Below are positions 41,438-50,304 of a DNA stretch of 64,000 nt, piece after piece. Origin of the DNA: Candidatus Bathyarchaeota archaeon. Lineage in GTDB: Archaea; Thermoproteota; Bathyarchaeia; Bathyarchaeales; Bathycorpusculaceae. Position 1 is the stretch's first letter; every line of letters starts with the position of its first letter. The notes beneath the pieces were generated by a model, which saw only the letters and a list, made by a program, of their open reading frames with translations, was not told the origin of the DNA and searched no databases. The position numbers and the translations under genes are program-made. The DNA lies in assembly GCA_963717465.1 (NCBI GenBank), contig OY970340.1, positions 672,001 through 736,000 on the forward strand. The letters run 5' to 3'.

Positions 41438-42038
41438 ACGAGTTAACTTCGACGACTTGAAATTCGACGTTAACGAGAACGTTTACGAACCTTCTGAAGA
41501 CACTTTTCTTTTCGCCGAAAATCTTGATGTAAAAACTGGCGATCAAGTACTTGACATAGGTACTGGCTGCGGCATCCTAGCGATAATAGCAGCAAAAAAA
41601 GCAAACAATGTACTTGCAATAGACGTAAACCCTTATGCTGTTCAGTGCGCCAAAGAAAACGCGATATTAAACAAGGTTCACAATAAAATTTCTTTTATTC
41701 AAACAGACTTGTTCTCGACCTTAAACGACAATGCAAAATTCGACTTAGTCCTCTTCAACGCTCCATACCTGCCCTCAGAAGAAAAAGAAATGGATACTTG
41801 GATAGGCCGATCATGGGCTGGAGGCAAAACAGGTCGACAAGTTATTGATAGATTTATCCCAGCTAGTCCAAAGTATCTGCATTCTTCGGGGCGAATACTT
41901 CTTTTACAATCTTCCTTAACAAACGTTGAAGCGACATTACGCAGGTTTGAAAAATGCCGCCTCAAACCAAGCATTAAGGCAGAGTGTGCCCTGCCTTTTT
42001 TTGAGACAATTGCCTTAATAGAAGCTAAATGGGAATAA
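41421..42038 (+). CDS. prmC: HemK2/MTQ2-family release-factor glutamine methyltransferase
   Basis: VYEPSEDTFL, DIGTGCG, FNAPYLP, SWAGGKTGR. Confidence 0.9.
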   Translation: MPSVVKRVNFDDLKFDVNENVYEPSEDTFLFAENLDVKTGDQVLDIGTGCGILAIIAAKKANNVLAIDVNPYAVQCAKENAILNKVHNKISFIQTDLFSTLNDNAKFDLVLFNAPYLPSEEKEMDTWIGRSWAGGKTGRQVIDRFIPASPKYLHSSGRILLLQSSLTNVEATLRRFEKCRLKPSIKAECALPFFETIALIEAKWE

Positions 42039-42093
42039 AAAAGCAAATAAACCAAGGTAAATCATTCTATTCAGCAGTGAAGGAGACTAAAAA

Positions 42094-42423
42094 ATGACTC
42101 TTTGGTTTTATGTTAAAACAAGCGATGACCCACAAGTAGTTGGGGAAACTGTTTGTAAATTCAACTTTACGTTAGGCTTGCATCCTGAGGATAAATACTC
42201 ATGGATCTTGGAGAAAGGAAAGGATGAGCCTGGCTACTGGGAGATAAAAGGCAAATACTCAGAAATAAAGGAGCTTACTGTTATCGGCATGGTTTACAGA
42301 ACCGGTGACACAGTGGTGGTATCGGAGATAAATGACGCCTTAGCCCCAGACGTTATTGACCCACTGCTGGAGACGTATGGCTTCGATAACGTTAAATGGC
42401 TAGTTGTCCCATCAAGACATTAA
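42094..42423 (+). CDS. Hypothetical protein
   Basis: 109-aa ORF with GAAGGAG RBS; no recognisable motif. Confidence 0.65.
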   Translation: MTLWFYVKTSDDPQVVGETVCKFNFTLGLHPEDKYSWILEKGKDEPGYWEIKGKYSEIKELTVIGMVYRTGDTVVVSEINDALAPDVIDPLLETYGFDNVKWLVVPSRH

Positions 42424-42486
42424 AACAGCCTTCTTTTGATGAAAGACTGAAAACTCTTTTAGCATGCATTGTAAATCATAGGTTAA

Positions 42487-42612
42487 GCCGGGGTGGCGGA
42501 GTGGTTATCGCGCTGGCCTCGAGATCTAAAACAAAAGAGGGCTAAAGCCTAAAAGGCAAGTTAGCCAGTGGGCTTCGTGCTCGCAGGGGTTCGAATCCCT
42601 TCCCCGGCGCCA
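42487..42612 (+). tRNA. tRNA-Ser(CGA) with 39-nt intron at 37/38 (42524-42562), encoded CCA
   Basis: Acceptor GCCGGGG/CCCCGGC; anticodon stem CTGGC/GCCAG with CT-CGA-G; long variable arm; GTTCGAAT T-loop; G discriminator plus CCA. Confidence 0.93.
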
Positions 42613-42675
42613 AATTCGCTAAAGCATACCTAATTGAGATTAATCTTGATGTATTCAAATAAAGAATTAAAGACA

Positions 42676-43221
42676 TTAAGCTGTTATTGCTTGGAATATT
42701 TCAAATGTTTTATCTTTTTTAGCCCGTTTTTTCACCGCTTCAATATCCACTTTAGTAAACGCCAAAATCGCTTTCACATCTTCCTTATCTTTGACCGCCC
42801 GTTCAGGAGGTAAAGTTGCCTTAATCATTCGTAGTTTAGCTATAATCAAGCCCTCAGGCGATTGAAAAAAAGTTTTAACACCATTTATTTTCCCAGAGAT
42901 TCTCTCAAGTTTACCTCTGAGCATGATGATGTCGACGCTGTATGGCGTTTTTTTGTCCTTGAATGTAGCTATTGAATAGTCTGATGTTAAAGCCATTTCA
43001 ATTTTTCGTCCATCAACTTGCAGACCTGCTTTTCCTAAAACGGCTGCAATTTTGCTTTTTGCTTCGGTTTCGTTGCTCACCGCAATGATTATGTCAACGT
43101 CTGTGGTTGTTCTCGGAACACCGTAAAAACTTGCAGCTAAAGCGCCAGTGAAGGCATATTGTAACTCTTCACTTTCAAAGGCATCGATTAGTTTCTTTAC
43201 AAAAGAGTAATATGCTTCCAT
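42676..43221 (-). CDS. Nucleotidyltransferase-superfamily protein (putative toxin or TA component)
   Basis: YAFTGALAASFYGVPRTTTDVDI, VDI, SPEGLIIAKL, KDKEDV. Confidence 0.8.
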   Translation of the reverse strand: MEAYYSFVKKLIDAFESEELQYAFTGALAASFYGVPRTTTDVDIIIAVSNETEAKSKIAAVLGKAGLQVDGRKIEMALTSDYSIATFKDKKTPYSVDIIMLRGKLERISGKINGVKTFFQSPEGLIIAKLRMIKATLPPERAVKDKEDVKAILAFTKVDIEAVKKRAKKDKTFEIFQAITA

Positions 43222-43412
43222 TACTTTTCAATCCAACGATTGCGTTTAGACCATTCAAACCGCTCACGAAGTTTACCTATAAGTTCTTCGTCGGAGATAT
43301 TTGGAAACTGGTTTCTTATTCCATCAGTGCATATCTGAACGCACCCCTCCGTCATATCTATGCAAAGCAACACTTTTTCTTCAGGTTTTAGTCTACCAAG
43401 ATACTTCCAGTT
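43221..43412 (-). CDS. Small helical partner protein upstream of the nucleotidyltransferase (start uncertain)
   Basis: LKPEEKVLL...GIRNQFPNISDEELIGKLRER; TAATG stop/start overlap with the downstream gene. Confidence 0.65.
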   Translation of the reverse strand, partial: NWKYLGRLKPEEKVLLCIDMTEGCVQICTDGIRNQFPNISDEELIGKLRERFEWSKRNRWIEK

Positions 43413-43832
43413 CTTATCCATACGAAGCACTTGTTTTCAGAAGAATATTACGGGTCGATGTTAAAATAATCTTGTGCTGGCCGATCAAACTTTTAGCTTT
43501 TAACAGTTCAATTTTGATTCAAATGCTAATAATTTTTGAAATACCTCAGCGCCTAAAAAGGTTGAAGTAGATAAAAACTTGGCACCTCTCTTTTTTTTCG
43601 TAATAGTAAACATGTCGGAAACCTTTGGCAGTTTTCGCGCTTTATTGAATCCAGGTATCTTAAGCACATAGCGCTGCTCCTGAAATCTAAAAAGCACGCG
43701 ACTTTCAATTCATTGAATAACGTATGCTCAATGCCAAATTGCTATTTTTTTAGCGCGTTTGTATCTGGAAAAAAATAAGTAAAGTTTTTTTAGCTTATCA
43801 GTAAACGAGCACTATGATGTAGCGTGAAGTAA

Positions 43833-44930
43833 ATGGCAGAAATCACTGCAGAATATTCCCAGAGGGTGGTGGAAAAGCTTGAGGAGTTTATGCGTTATTG
43901 CCAAAGAGTGAAACATGGTGATGATTATATCCTTGTTAACCGAAGCGCCCCTTTATTGACTAAAGCAGCACTAAAAGCTGTGGAAAATTGCGGTCTAACC
44001 GTTCATGCCTTTAATTTGACAGCAAAGAAGCCGTATAAACACTTTCCAAAGGAACTTGTAAGATTACTTCGCCAAAAAACTCCGAAAGCTGGAATGGGTC
44101 TTTTTGATTATAGCTTAAATCCCGACTGGAACCTAAAAGAGGTCGGAGCAAGAATTGAATTACTGCATCAAACCATTGAGGAGGTTCCTATAAGCTGGGC
44201 ACATTCACCAGGCATCACATTAGACATGGCAGTAAATGGACCATTGCAATGCAATTATAAAAAAATGGGTGAAGAGTCAGAGAAATTGCTACAAAAATTG
44301 CAGAATATAAAAAGAATCCACATAACCTCTCCGGCGGGGACAGATATAGAAGTTCAGGTGCCGCTTGAAGTTAAGTTCGACACGGATTGTACGATTGTAC
44401 CGCCCAACATTTATGGTAAAGCTGGAAAGTTTGGCAACCTCCCCGTTGGAGAAGTCTGGTCACAGAAAGGTGAAATAATTGGAGTTCATAACAAAACAAC
44501 AGGCAAAATAGAAAACCAGAATTACCCTGTGAAGCAAACTGCTAATGGCAGAATCGTATGTGACGTTACGGCAGGTGGATACTCTGGAAGAATAAATCCT
44601 AACAAACCACTAATTGCCGAATTTCACGATGGCATCTTAACGAGGTTGCATTGTGATGATCCAGCGCTTGATAGCCTTCGAAAAGAAATGATGAATGCTC
44701 AATCATTATATGGCTTGCCGACGGTTCTGGAGGAAGTCGGTATAGGGCTAAACGAGAGGGCAAGGGTGACTGGAAACATGCTGGAAGATGAAAAGATAAA
44801 GGGAACATGCCACCTTGCCCCAGGCAACATCAGATGCCACGTTGACATGCTGATTAATAAGCCAACAATCGTCGGCTGCTACAGTGATGGAACAATAAAA
44901 GAAATAATGAAAAACGGAATTTTAGCTTAG
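43833..44930 (+). CDS. Thermophilic metalloprotease (M29)/aminopeptidase-like protein
   Basis: ITSPAGTD, GNLPVGEV, EVGIGLN...TGNMLEDEK..GTCHLA.G, HVD. Confidence 0.82.
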   Translation: MAEITAEYSQRVVEKLEEFMRYCQRVKHGDDYILVNRSAPLLTKAALKAVENCGLTVHAFNLTAKKPYKHFPKELVRLLRQKTPKAGMGLFDYSLNPDWNLKEVGARIELLHQTIEEVPISWAHSPGITLDMAVNGPLQCNYKKMGEESEKLLQKLQNIKRIHITSPAGTDIEVQVPLEVKFDTDCTIVPPNIYGKAGKFGNLPVGEVWSQKGEIIGVHNKTTGKIENQNYPVKQTANGRIVCDVTAGGYSGRINPNKPLIAEFHDGILTRLHCDDPALDSLRKEMMNAQSLYGLPTVLEEVGIGLNERARVTGNMLEDEKIKGTCHLAPGNIRCHVDMLINKPTIVGCYSDGTIKEIMKNGILA

Positions 44931-44951
44931 CTTAGTCTTGGTGTTGATTAC

Positions 44952-46310
44952 TTGCCTGACAATTCACGAAGCGACAATGCTTCAGTTTCACAGGTCACTG
45001 CTGAAAGCTCAAAAAAGAATTCGGCAGACTTCACGCGGGTAGTCAACTCTGAAACATCAACAGATGTTGGGTGGGTTAAATCCGTTGTTCCCTTCAGTAT
45101 CGCAACTGGTCCAATTAGTACTCTTGTTGTGCTTCTAATACTTAGTTTCAATGGAACCGTGATAGATGTTGGATATGCTGTTGCCATATTTAATGCAGTT
45201 AGCATACCAGCCTCCATATTCTGGGGGTTTGCCACTGACCGTTTTCACAGAAGAAGGCTAATAATCGTTGCAAGCTACTTAGCGACAGCTTTAGTTCTTA
45301 TCTTGTTTCTGTTCGCAAGCAACCTATATTACGTCATATTGTTGTACGCTTTATTCTCTTTCGTAACAACTGCGGTTACCACACCTCTTAACCTCCTCGT
45401 CATGGAAACAAGCCCTAAGAAGAAATGGAGTAGCGCGTTCGCCTGGTTTTCCATGCTATCGAGCATCGGAACGACATCAGGGTTAATCCTGAGCACGGTC
45501 TGGGCATCCTTTCTTCTTCTTACCTACCTTCTAATTCCTTTATCGATTCTCTCAATAGCATCAGCAGTCATGTCTGTGATGTTGATTAAAGAGCCCTCAT
45601 CCGTTTTTGAGGGCCAAATGATAATTCACAACAAACACAGTTTTTTCGATAGACTCCAAAGAGACCCCGTCATCTTCCTTCGAATTCCTCGATTAACTGA
45701 TTTCAAAAGAGTTTTTAGAGCCCTAAAGTTTGACCTCACCAGGAATGTGCCAATTCTATATTTTTCCATCTTCATATTTTGGGTTGCAGCTGGGCTCTTC
45801 AACACCTCGATTATCCCGTCGATGACAGCAAACAAAATTTCAAACATCACAATTTTCTTTATCATAACAATAGTGAATATCATTCAAATTTTTTCATTCG
45901 AATATGCCGGATCATACACTGAAAAAAACTCCTTGATTAACGCATCAATTTTTGGACTTACCCTTAGAAGCATAGGTTACGCGTTACTGGGCATTTCCTT
46001 TTATTTCATATCTGGCATTTGGTATGCACTTTTAGCCTTGGTTTTCTACTCCCTCGCAAGCGGATTCGCATTCACCATATATTACACCGCCTCTAACACA
46101 ATGGTTTTTAACACCATGGGAGGCAACAGCCAAGGATCTTCCCTAGGCGTTTACAGCGCCTTGGTAAGCATCGCCACCACAGCAGGCTCGTTGATCTCTG
46201 GATTCTTATCATTCTACCTCAACTTTAGTGCAACATTCATTATAGCCAGCATATGCTTGGCCTTTTCAATTTGGCTCATTTTCCTTTTGCGTGAAAAACC
46301 TCAAAATTAA
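44952..46310 (+). CDS. MFS transporter
   Basis: About 12 TM; motif A WGFATDRFHRRR. Confidence 0.9.
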   Translation: MPDNSRSDNASVSQVTAESSKKNSADFTRVVNSETSTDVGWVKSVVPFSIATGPISTLVVLLILSFNGTVIDVGYAVAIFNAVSIPASIFWGFATDRFHRRRLIIVASYLATALVLILFLFASNLYYVILLYALFSFVTTAVTTPLNLLVMETSPKKKWSSAFAWFSMLSSIGTTSGLILSTVWASFLLLTYLLIPLSILSIASAVMSVMLIKEPSSVFEGQMIIHNKHSFFDRLQRDPVIFLRIPRLTDFKRVFRALKFDLTRNVPILYFSIFIFWVAAGLFNTSIIPSMTANKISNITIFFIITIVNIIQIFSFEYAGSYTEKNSLINASIFGLTLRSIGYALLGISFYFISGIWYALLALVFYSLASGFAFTIYYTASNTMVFNTMGGNSQGSSLGVYSALVSIATTAGSLISGFLSFYLNFSATFIIASICLAFSIWLIFLLREKPQN

Positions 46311-46447
46311 CACGCAAATTATTAGCTTTTATTTTATCAGTTTTCAGCGCAAATTCAATATTCCAGAGTATTTATCTGGCTAAAATAAGGAAATCGTTGC
46401 GTTAAATTTAAGAGAACCTAAGAAATAAAGAAGGTTGGCGATAAAGT

Positions 46448-47545
46448 TTGAACTGTAAATCGTGTGGTACCCAAATATCGGATGATGCAGCTTTCTGCTC
46501 TAAGTGTGGAGCAAGCACCGGATTAAATGCATCTAAGCAGGATTCTTCCTCAAATCAACCTGCTACTCCAAGTCAACCTGTTATTGCAGCTTCAGGAGTT
46601 ACTGCTTTAAAATGCCCGAGCTGTGGAGGACCTATTGCTCCTAAATTCGGAGAAATGGTAATAACCTGCGAGTACTGCGGCAACGCTGTTACTCTGGGTG
46701 CCCAAGGCTGGACTAACATTCAGAAGCAGACAATGCTTTCTTTGAAGGTTGCCACAGTTGACCAAGTAAATTCAATAATTATACCTCTAATGGATAAGGG
46801 TCTATTACATAGGCATCTTCATGAGGATTCAAAACAGGAAGAAATGAGCCTGACGTTTGTGCCTTATTGGATTGTCAGCGTCTCTGCACGCACAAGTATT
46901 GTAGCTGCGGATGAAACTGCACAGGTGGCGCAGACCGCGACAACGGCCGCTTTATTGGGTGTCATCTTCGGCGGGATGGGAGGTGGCGGTGGCTATGGCG
47001 GTGGTGGTCGAGGTGGCGGTTTCGGAGGGGGAGGACGCAGACGAGCCTTCGGAGGGGAATTAAGGGCAAGCGACCCCTTTGCTGGAATTCTCGGGTTAAA
47101 ACGATTAAGAATAATGGCTTTCGGAATGGGAATGGGCTACGGGGGCGGTAATAGAAAGACGATGCAGATGGATGAGAATTACAACTTTCCTGTGATAGCA
47201 TTAAAAGCGTTAATGGATTATCAGCCTAAGGATTACCAATTCAATCTAGCAGGCAGAGAACTGTTTGACATTTCCAAGCTACCTAAGAACGTAAAGGTTC
47301 TTAATGGCGACATCAGCGAAGAATCAGCTAAAGCTCAGGCGAAAACCCTGGTAGATCAGCTCCAATCACAAAAAGCACACGCCAAGTATCATATGATCCA
47401 GCAGATACATACTGATTGCGATATTGGAGATGTCGAGCTACTACATGCACCAGTATGGTTCTCAAAGTTTGACCATAAAGGGAACAAAATTGTGCTAATT
47501 ATCGACGCCAACTCTGAAAGAGTAATCAACAGCTTCGGCCTCTAA
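46448..47545 (+). CDS. Double zinc-ribbon protein with Gly-rich insert
   Basis: CKSCG...FCSKCG and CPSCGG...CEYCG; FVPYW; HAPVW...IDA. Confidence 0.75.
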   Translation: MNCKSCGTQISDDAAFCSKCGASTGLNASKQDSSSNQPATPSQPVIAASGVTALKCPSCGGPIAPKFGEMVITCEYCGNAVTLGAQGWTNIQKQTMLSLKVATVDQVNSIIIPLMDKGLLHRHLHEDSKQEEMSLTFVPYWIVSVSARTSIVAADETAQVAQTATTAALLGVIFGGMGGGGGYGGGGRGGGFGGGGRRRAFGGELRASDPFAGILGLKRLRIMAFGMGMGYGGGNRKTMQMDENYNFPVIALKALMDYQPKDYQFNLAGRELFDISKLPKNVKVLNGDISEESAKAQAKTLVDQLQSQKAHAKYHMIQQIHTDCDIGDVELLHAPVWFSKFDHKGNKIVLIIDANSERVINSFGL

Positions 47546-47814
47546 AAACGAACCAAAATTCATCGATCAACACGAAAAACTGTGAAGTCAAAAGGAAACG
47601 GCGTCACCACTCTCACCATCATTCAAATTTCACGCCCAGAAGAAGTCGAGCATTGGGATCAACCATGTGTACGCGTTTTTGAAAATGATGCTTTGAAATG
47701 TGCGCTTTATGACCTAAGTATATTAAAATTTGTTATTGCATCGAAACTACCACATAAAATTATATAGAATTTTAGTTTTATTAGTTAGAATAAACTCAAA
47801 GGGTGGATATATTT

Positions 47815-47958
47815 TTGGCAAAAAAACAAAAGAAACTAAAACCCAAAATGACAAAAGATGGAAAATATCAGTGTCCATATGACGACAAAGTATTTGACAC
47901 CGTAGAAGGCGTAAAAACCTGCATCGAAAAGCACATGGCTAAAATTGTACCAGGATAA
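47815..47958 (+). CDS. Small basic C2H2-like zinc-finger protein (47 aa, below ORF-track cutoff)
   Basis: GGGTGG RBS then TTG; MAKKQKKLKPKMTKDGKYQCPYDDKVFDTVEGVKTCIEKHMAKIVPG. Confidence 0.55.
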   Translation: MAKKQKKLKPKMTKDGKYQCPYDDKVFDTVEGVKTCIEKHMAKIVPG

Positions 47959-48303
47959 ATAAGCATCTAACTAAAGGATTTTTGTACTTTACCCTTTTTC
48001 TTTAGAAACGAACCGTAAAATTACTATTTATCAACAATTCTTTTCCATGTCTATTTGCAAAAATGTTGCTAGCGAAAACAGGGATTGATTAAATCGGGAA
48101 TAATATCGGGAATAATCCTGTCCGTGGTAGTCTAATTAAATCATCAATGTTTTAGTTGTTAATTGCTTTTGAAACCATATTTCTAATTTGTAGTTAGCGT
48201 TAACAACTTTAATTTACCCCTCAAAGCATTAAACAGCAGGTAAGGTATAGCAAGTAAGCTGATTTACGACAGATTCAAAAACCACTTTGGGAGATAAAGA
48301 TAG

Positions 48304-48792
48304 ATGTCGCATGAAAAAATTGACAAAAAAGGTTCTCTAAAGACCGTTAATGTAATGGTCAAGAAAGTAGTTACAGTTGATGAAAAAGCGTCAGTAAAAG
48401 AAGCGGCTGATTTGATGAGTCATTTCGAAATAGGATCTATTATTGTAACTCGGAAAGGTAAAGCGGTTGGAATAGTTACTGAGCGTGACCTTTTGAAGCG
48501 GATTGTCTCAGAAGGTAAAAACACAAAGAAGACGAAGGTTAATGAAATAATGTCAAGTCCACTGCTCGTCATTTCCCCTGATACAGCCTTAGAGGAGGCG
48601 GCACGCATAATGTTCGAGAAAAACATAAAGAAGCTGCCTGTAGCCGAACAAGACCACTTAGTCGGCGTGCTCAGTCTAACGGACATTGCTCGTCATCAAT
48701 CGATGTTAAACGTTCTGTATAAACTAGCTGAGGCTCAACCCAATTCAAATAAGCTACAAGACGTCTTAAACAGTTGCAGTTACATCGTTTAA
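48304..48792 (+). CDS. CBS-domain pair protein
   Basis: VGIVTERDLL...IMSSPL; IKKLPV...LVGVLSLTDI. Confidence 0.92.
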   Translation: MSHEKIDKKGSLKTVNVMVKKVVTVDEKASVKEAADLMSHFEIGSIIVTRKGKAVGIVTERDLLKRIVSEGKNTKKTKVNEIMSSPLLVISPDTALEEAARIMFEKNIKKLPVAEQDHLVGVLSLTDIARHQSMLNVLYKLAEAQPNSNKLQDVLNSCSYIV

Positions 48793-48795
48793 CCT

Positions 48796-50304
48796 CTATT
48801 GTTGGCGGTTATAGCTGGCTGTAAAGTAACCAAGTTTTTGAAGAACTTGCTCAGCCAACTGTTGTGATGTGACTCTCCACTCCCAGCTAGGGCACGATCG
48901 ACCTGGGCTGTTCATTCTAGCTTCGGAACCCAAGGATAAAGCATCTTGAATGGGAATAATGCTCAAGTTCGCTTTTGATGACAATGCTAGTTTTATAACT
49001 TCAAAACTTACTTCTTCAGTTGAGACTTTTCTGCCGATTTCTTCAAACAACTTTTGCTTTTTCGTTTCAGACGCTTCATCTAAAAACCAGCCTTTAACAG
49101 TGTTGGTGTCATGAGTGCCACTGTAAACTACCGCGTTTTCAGGATGACGACTTAAAATGTTTGGGTTGTCGTCGGTTCCGTCAAAAGCAAAAAGCATAAC
49201 TCTCATGCCTGGGATTCCTAATCTTGTTATTGCCTGTTTTACTTCTTCATCTATTGAGCCTAAATCTTCGGCTATAAAGGGAAGGTTTGGAAACGTTTTT
49301 CTTGTGTTCTCAATGAATGCTTCTGGTTCAGATCTGACCCACTTTCCATTTTTCGCTGTCATGTCGTTAGCAGGAATTTGCCAGTATGCAACAAAACCCC
49401 GGAAATGGTCAAGACGGACTTTGTCATAAAACTTTAAGTTGTGAGCTAACCTATCCATCCACCATTCAAAACCCGTTTCCTTAATTTTTTCCCAATTGTA
49501 AACTGGGTTTCCCCAGAACTGTCCTGTGCTGCTAAAGTAATCAGGGGGGACGCCGCCTACAAATTTTAACTGTTTATTTTCTGTTAAACTAAAGAGTTCG
49601 GGGTGCACCCAAACATCAGCGCTGTCATGTGCAATGTAAAAAGGTATGTCCCCGACAATTTTCACTTGCCTTTCCTTGCAGTAATCTTTAAGCGAACACC
49701 ACTGACTGAAAAAAATGAATTGAGCAAACTTTTCTTGTTCAATATCCTCTTTCAACTCCTGTTTTTTTTTCTCTAAACTATTTTTTTCGCGATCACGCAG
49801 CGAAGAGACCCAAGAATACCAAAAATTTCTATTGTTCTTCCTTAAGGCAATATACAAGGCGTAATCGTCTAGCCATTTTGTGTTTTCCGAGCAAAAAACT
49901 TCGTAGTCAGATTTTTTTTGACCTGTTTTCTTGAAATTCTCATAGGCATCTTGAAACATTAACCTCTTATTCCTATAAACCGCTCGATAATCGACTCGGT
50001 TATAAGACTGGCTTTTGATTTTCTCAAGGTATTCTTTAGCAAGAAAGCCATCTTCAACCATTTTCTCAGGACTTACAAGCAAAGTATTACCCGCAAAAGC
50101 AGAGCTTGTTTGGTACGGCGAGTTATCAACATCCGTATTTATAGGCGTAACCGGTAGAATGCTCCAGTAATGCTGCCTAAGATTTGCTAGTAGATCGATA
50201 AACTTGTAACTCTCCGGTCCCATGTCTCCTATGCCATACTCTGATGGAAGAGATGTGACATGAAGCAAAATGCCGCTAGCCCTTTTTTCACTCATAAAAA
50301 TCAT
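48796..50304 (-). CDS. malQ: 4-alpha-glucanotransferase (GH77)
   Basis: RASGILLHVTSLP, GVPPDYFSSTGQFWGNP, RLDHFRG, IAEDLG, GTHDTNT. Confidence 0.96.
   Translation of the reverse strand: MIFMSEKRASGILLHVTSLPSEYGIGDMGPESYKFIDLLANLRQHYWSILPVTPINTDVDNSPYQTSSAFAGNTLLVSPEKMVEDGFLAKEYLEKIKSQSYNRVDYRAVYRNKRLMFQDAYENFKKTGQKKSDYEVFCSENTKWLDDYALYIALRKNNRNFWYSWVSSLRDREKNSLEKKKQELKEDIEQEKFAQFIFFSQWCSLKDYCKERQVKIVGDIPFYIAHDSADVWVHPELFSLTENKQLKFVGGVPPDYFSSTGQFWGNPVYNWEKIKETGFEWWMDRLAHNLKFYDKVRLDHFRGFVAYWQIPANDMTAKNGKWVRSEPEAFIENTRKTFPNLPFIAEDLGSIDEEVKQAITRLGIPGMRVMLFAFDGTDDNPNILSRHPENAVVYSGTHDTNTVKGWFLDEASETKKQKLFEEIGRKVSTEEVSFEVIKLALSSKANLSIIPIQDALSLGSEARMNSPGRSCPSWEWRVTSQQLAEQVLQKLGYFTASYNRQQ

Noticed and set aside
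42437..42450. TGATGA-AAGA-CTGA upstream of the tRNA
   Set aside because: The C and D boxes are only 4 nt apart, leaving no guide; likely chance
43301..43697. Short ORFs 43301-43570(+) and 43500-43697(-)
   Set aside because: No motifs or RBS, and the first overlaps a better-supported gene on the opposite strand
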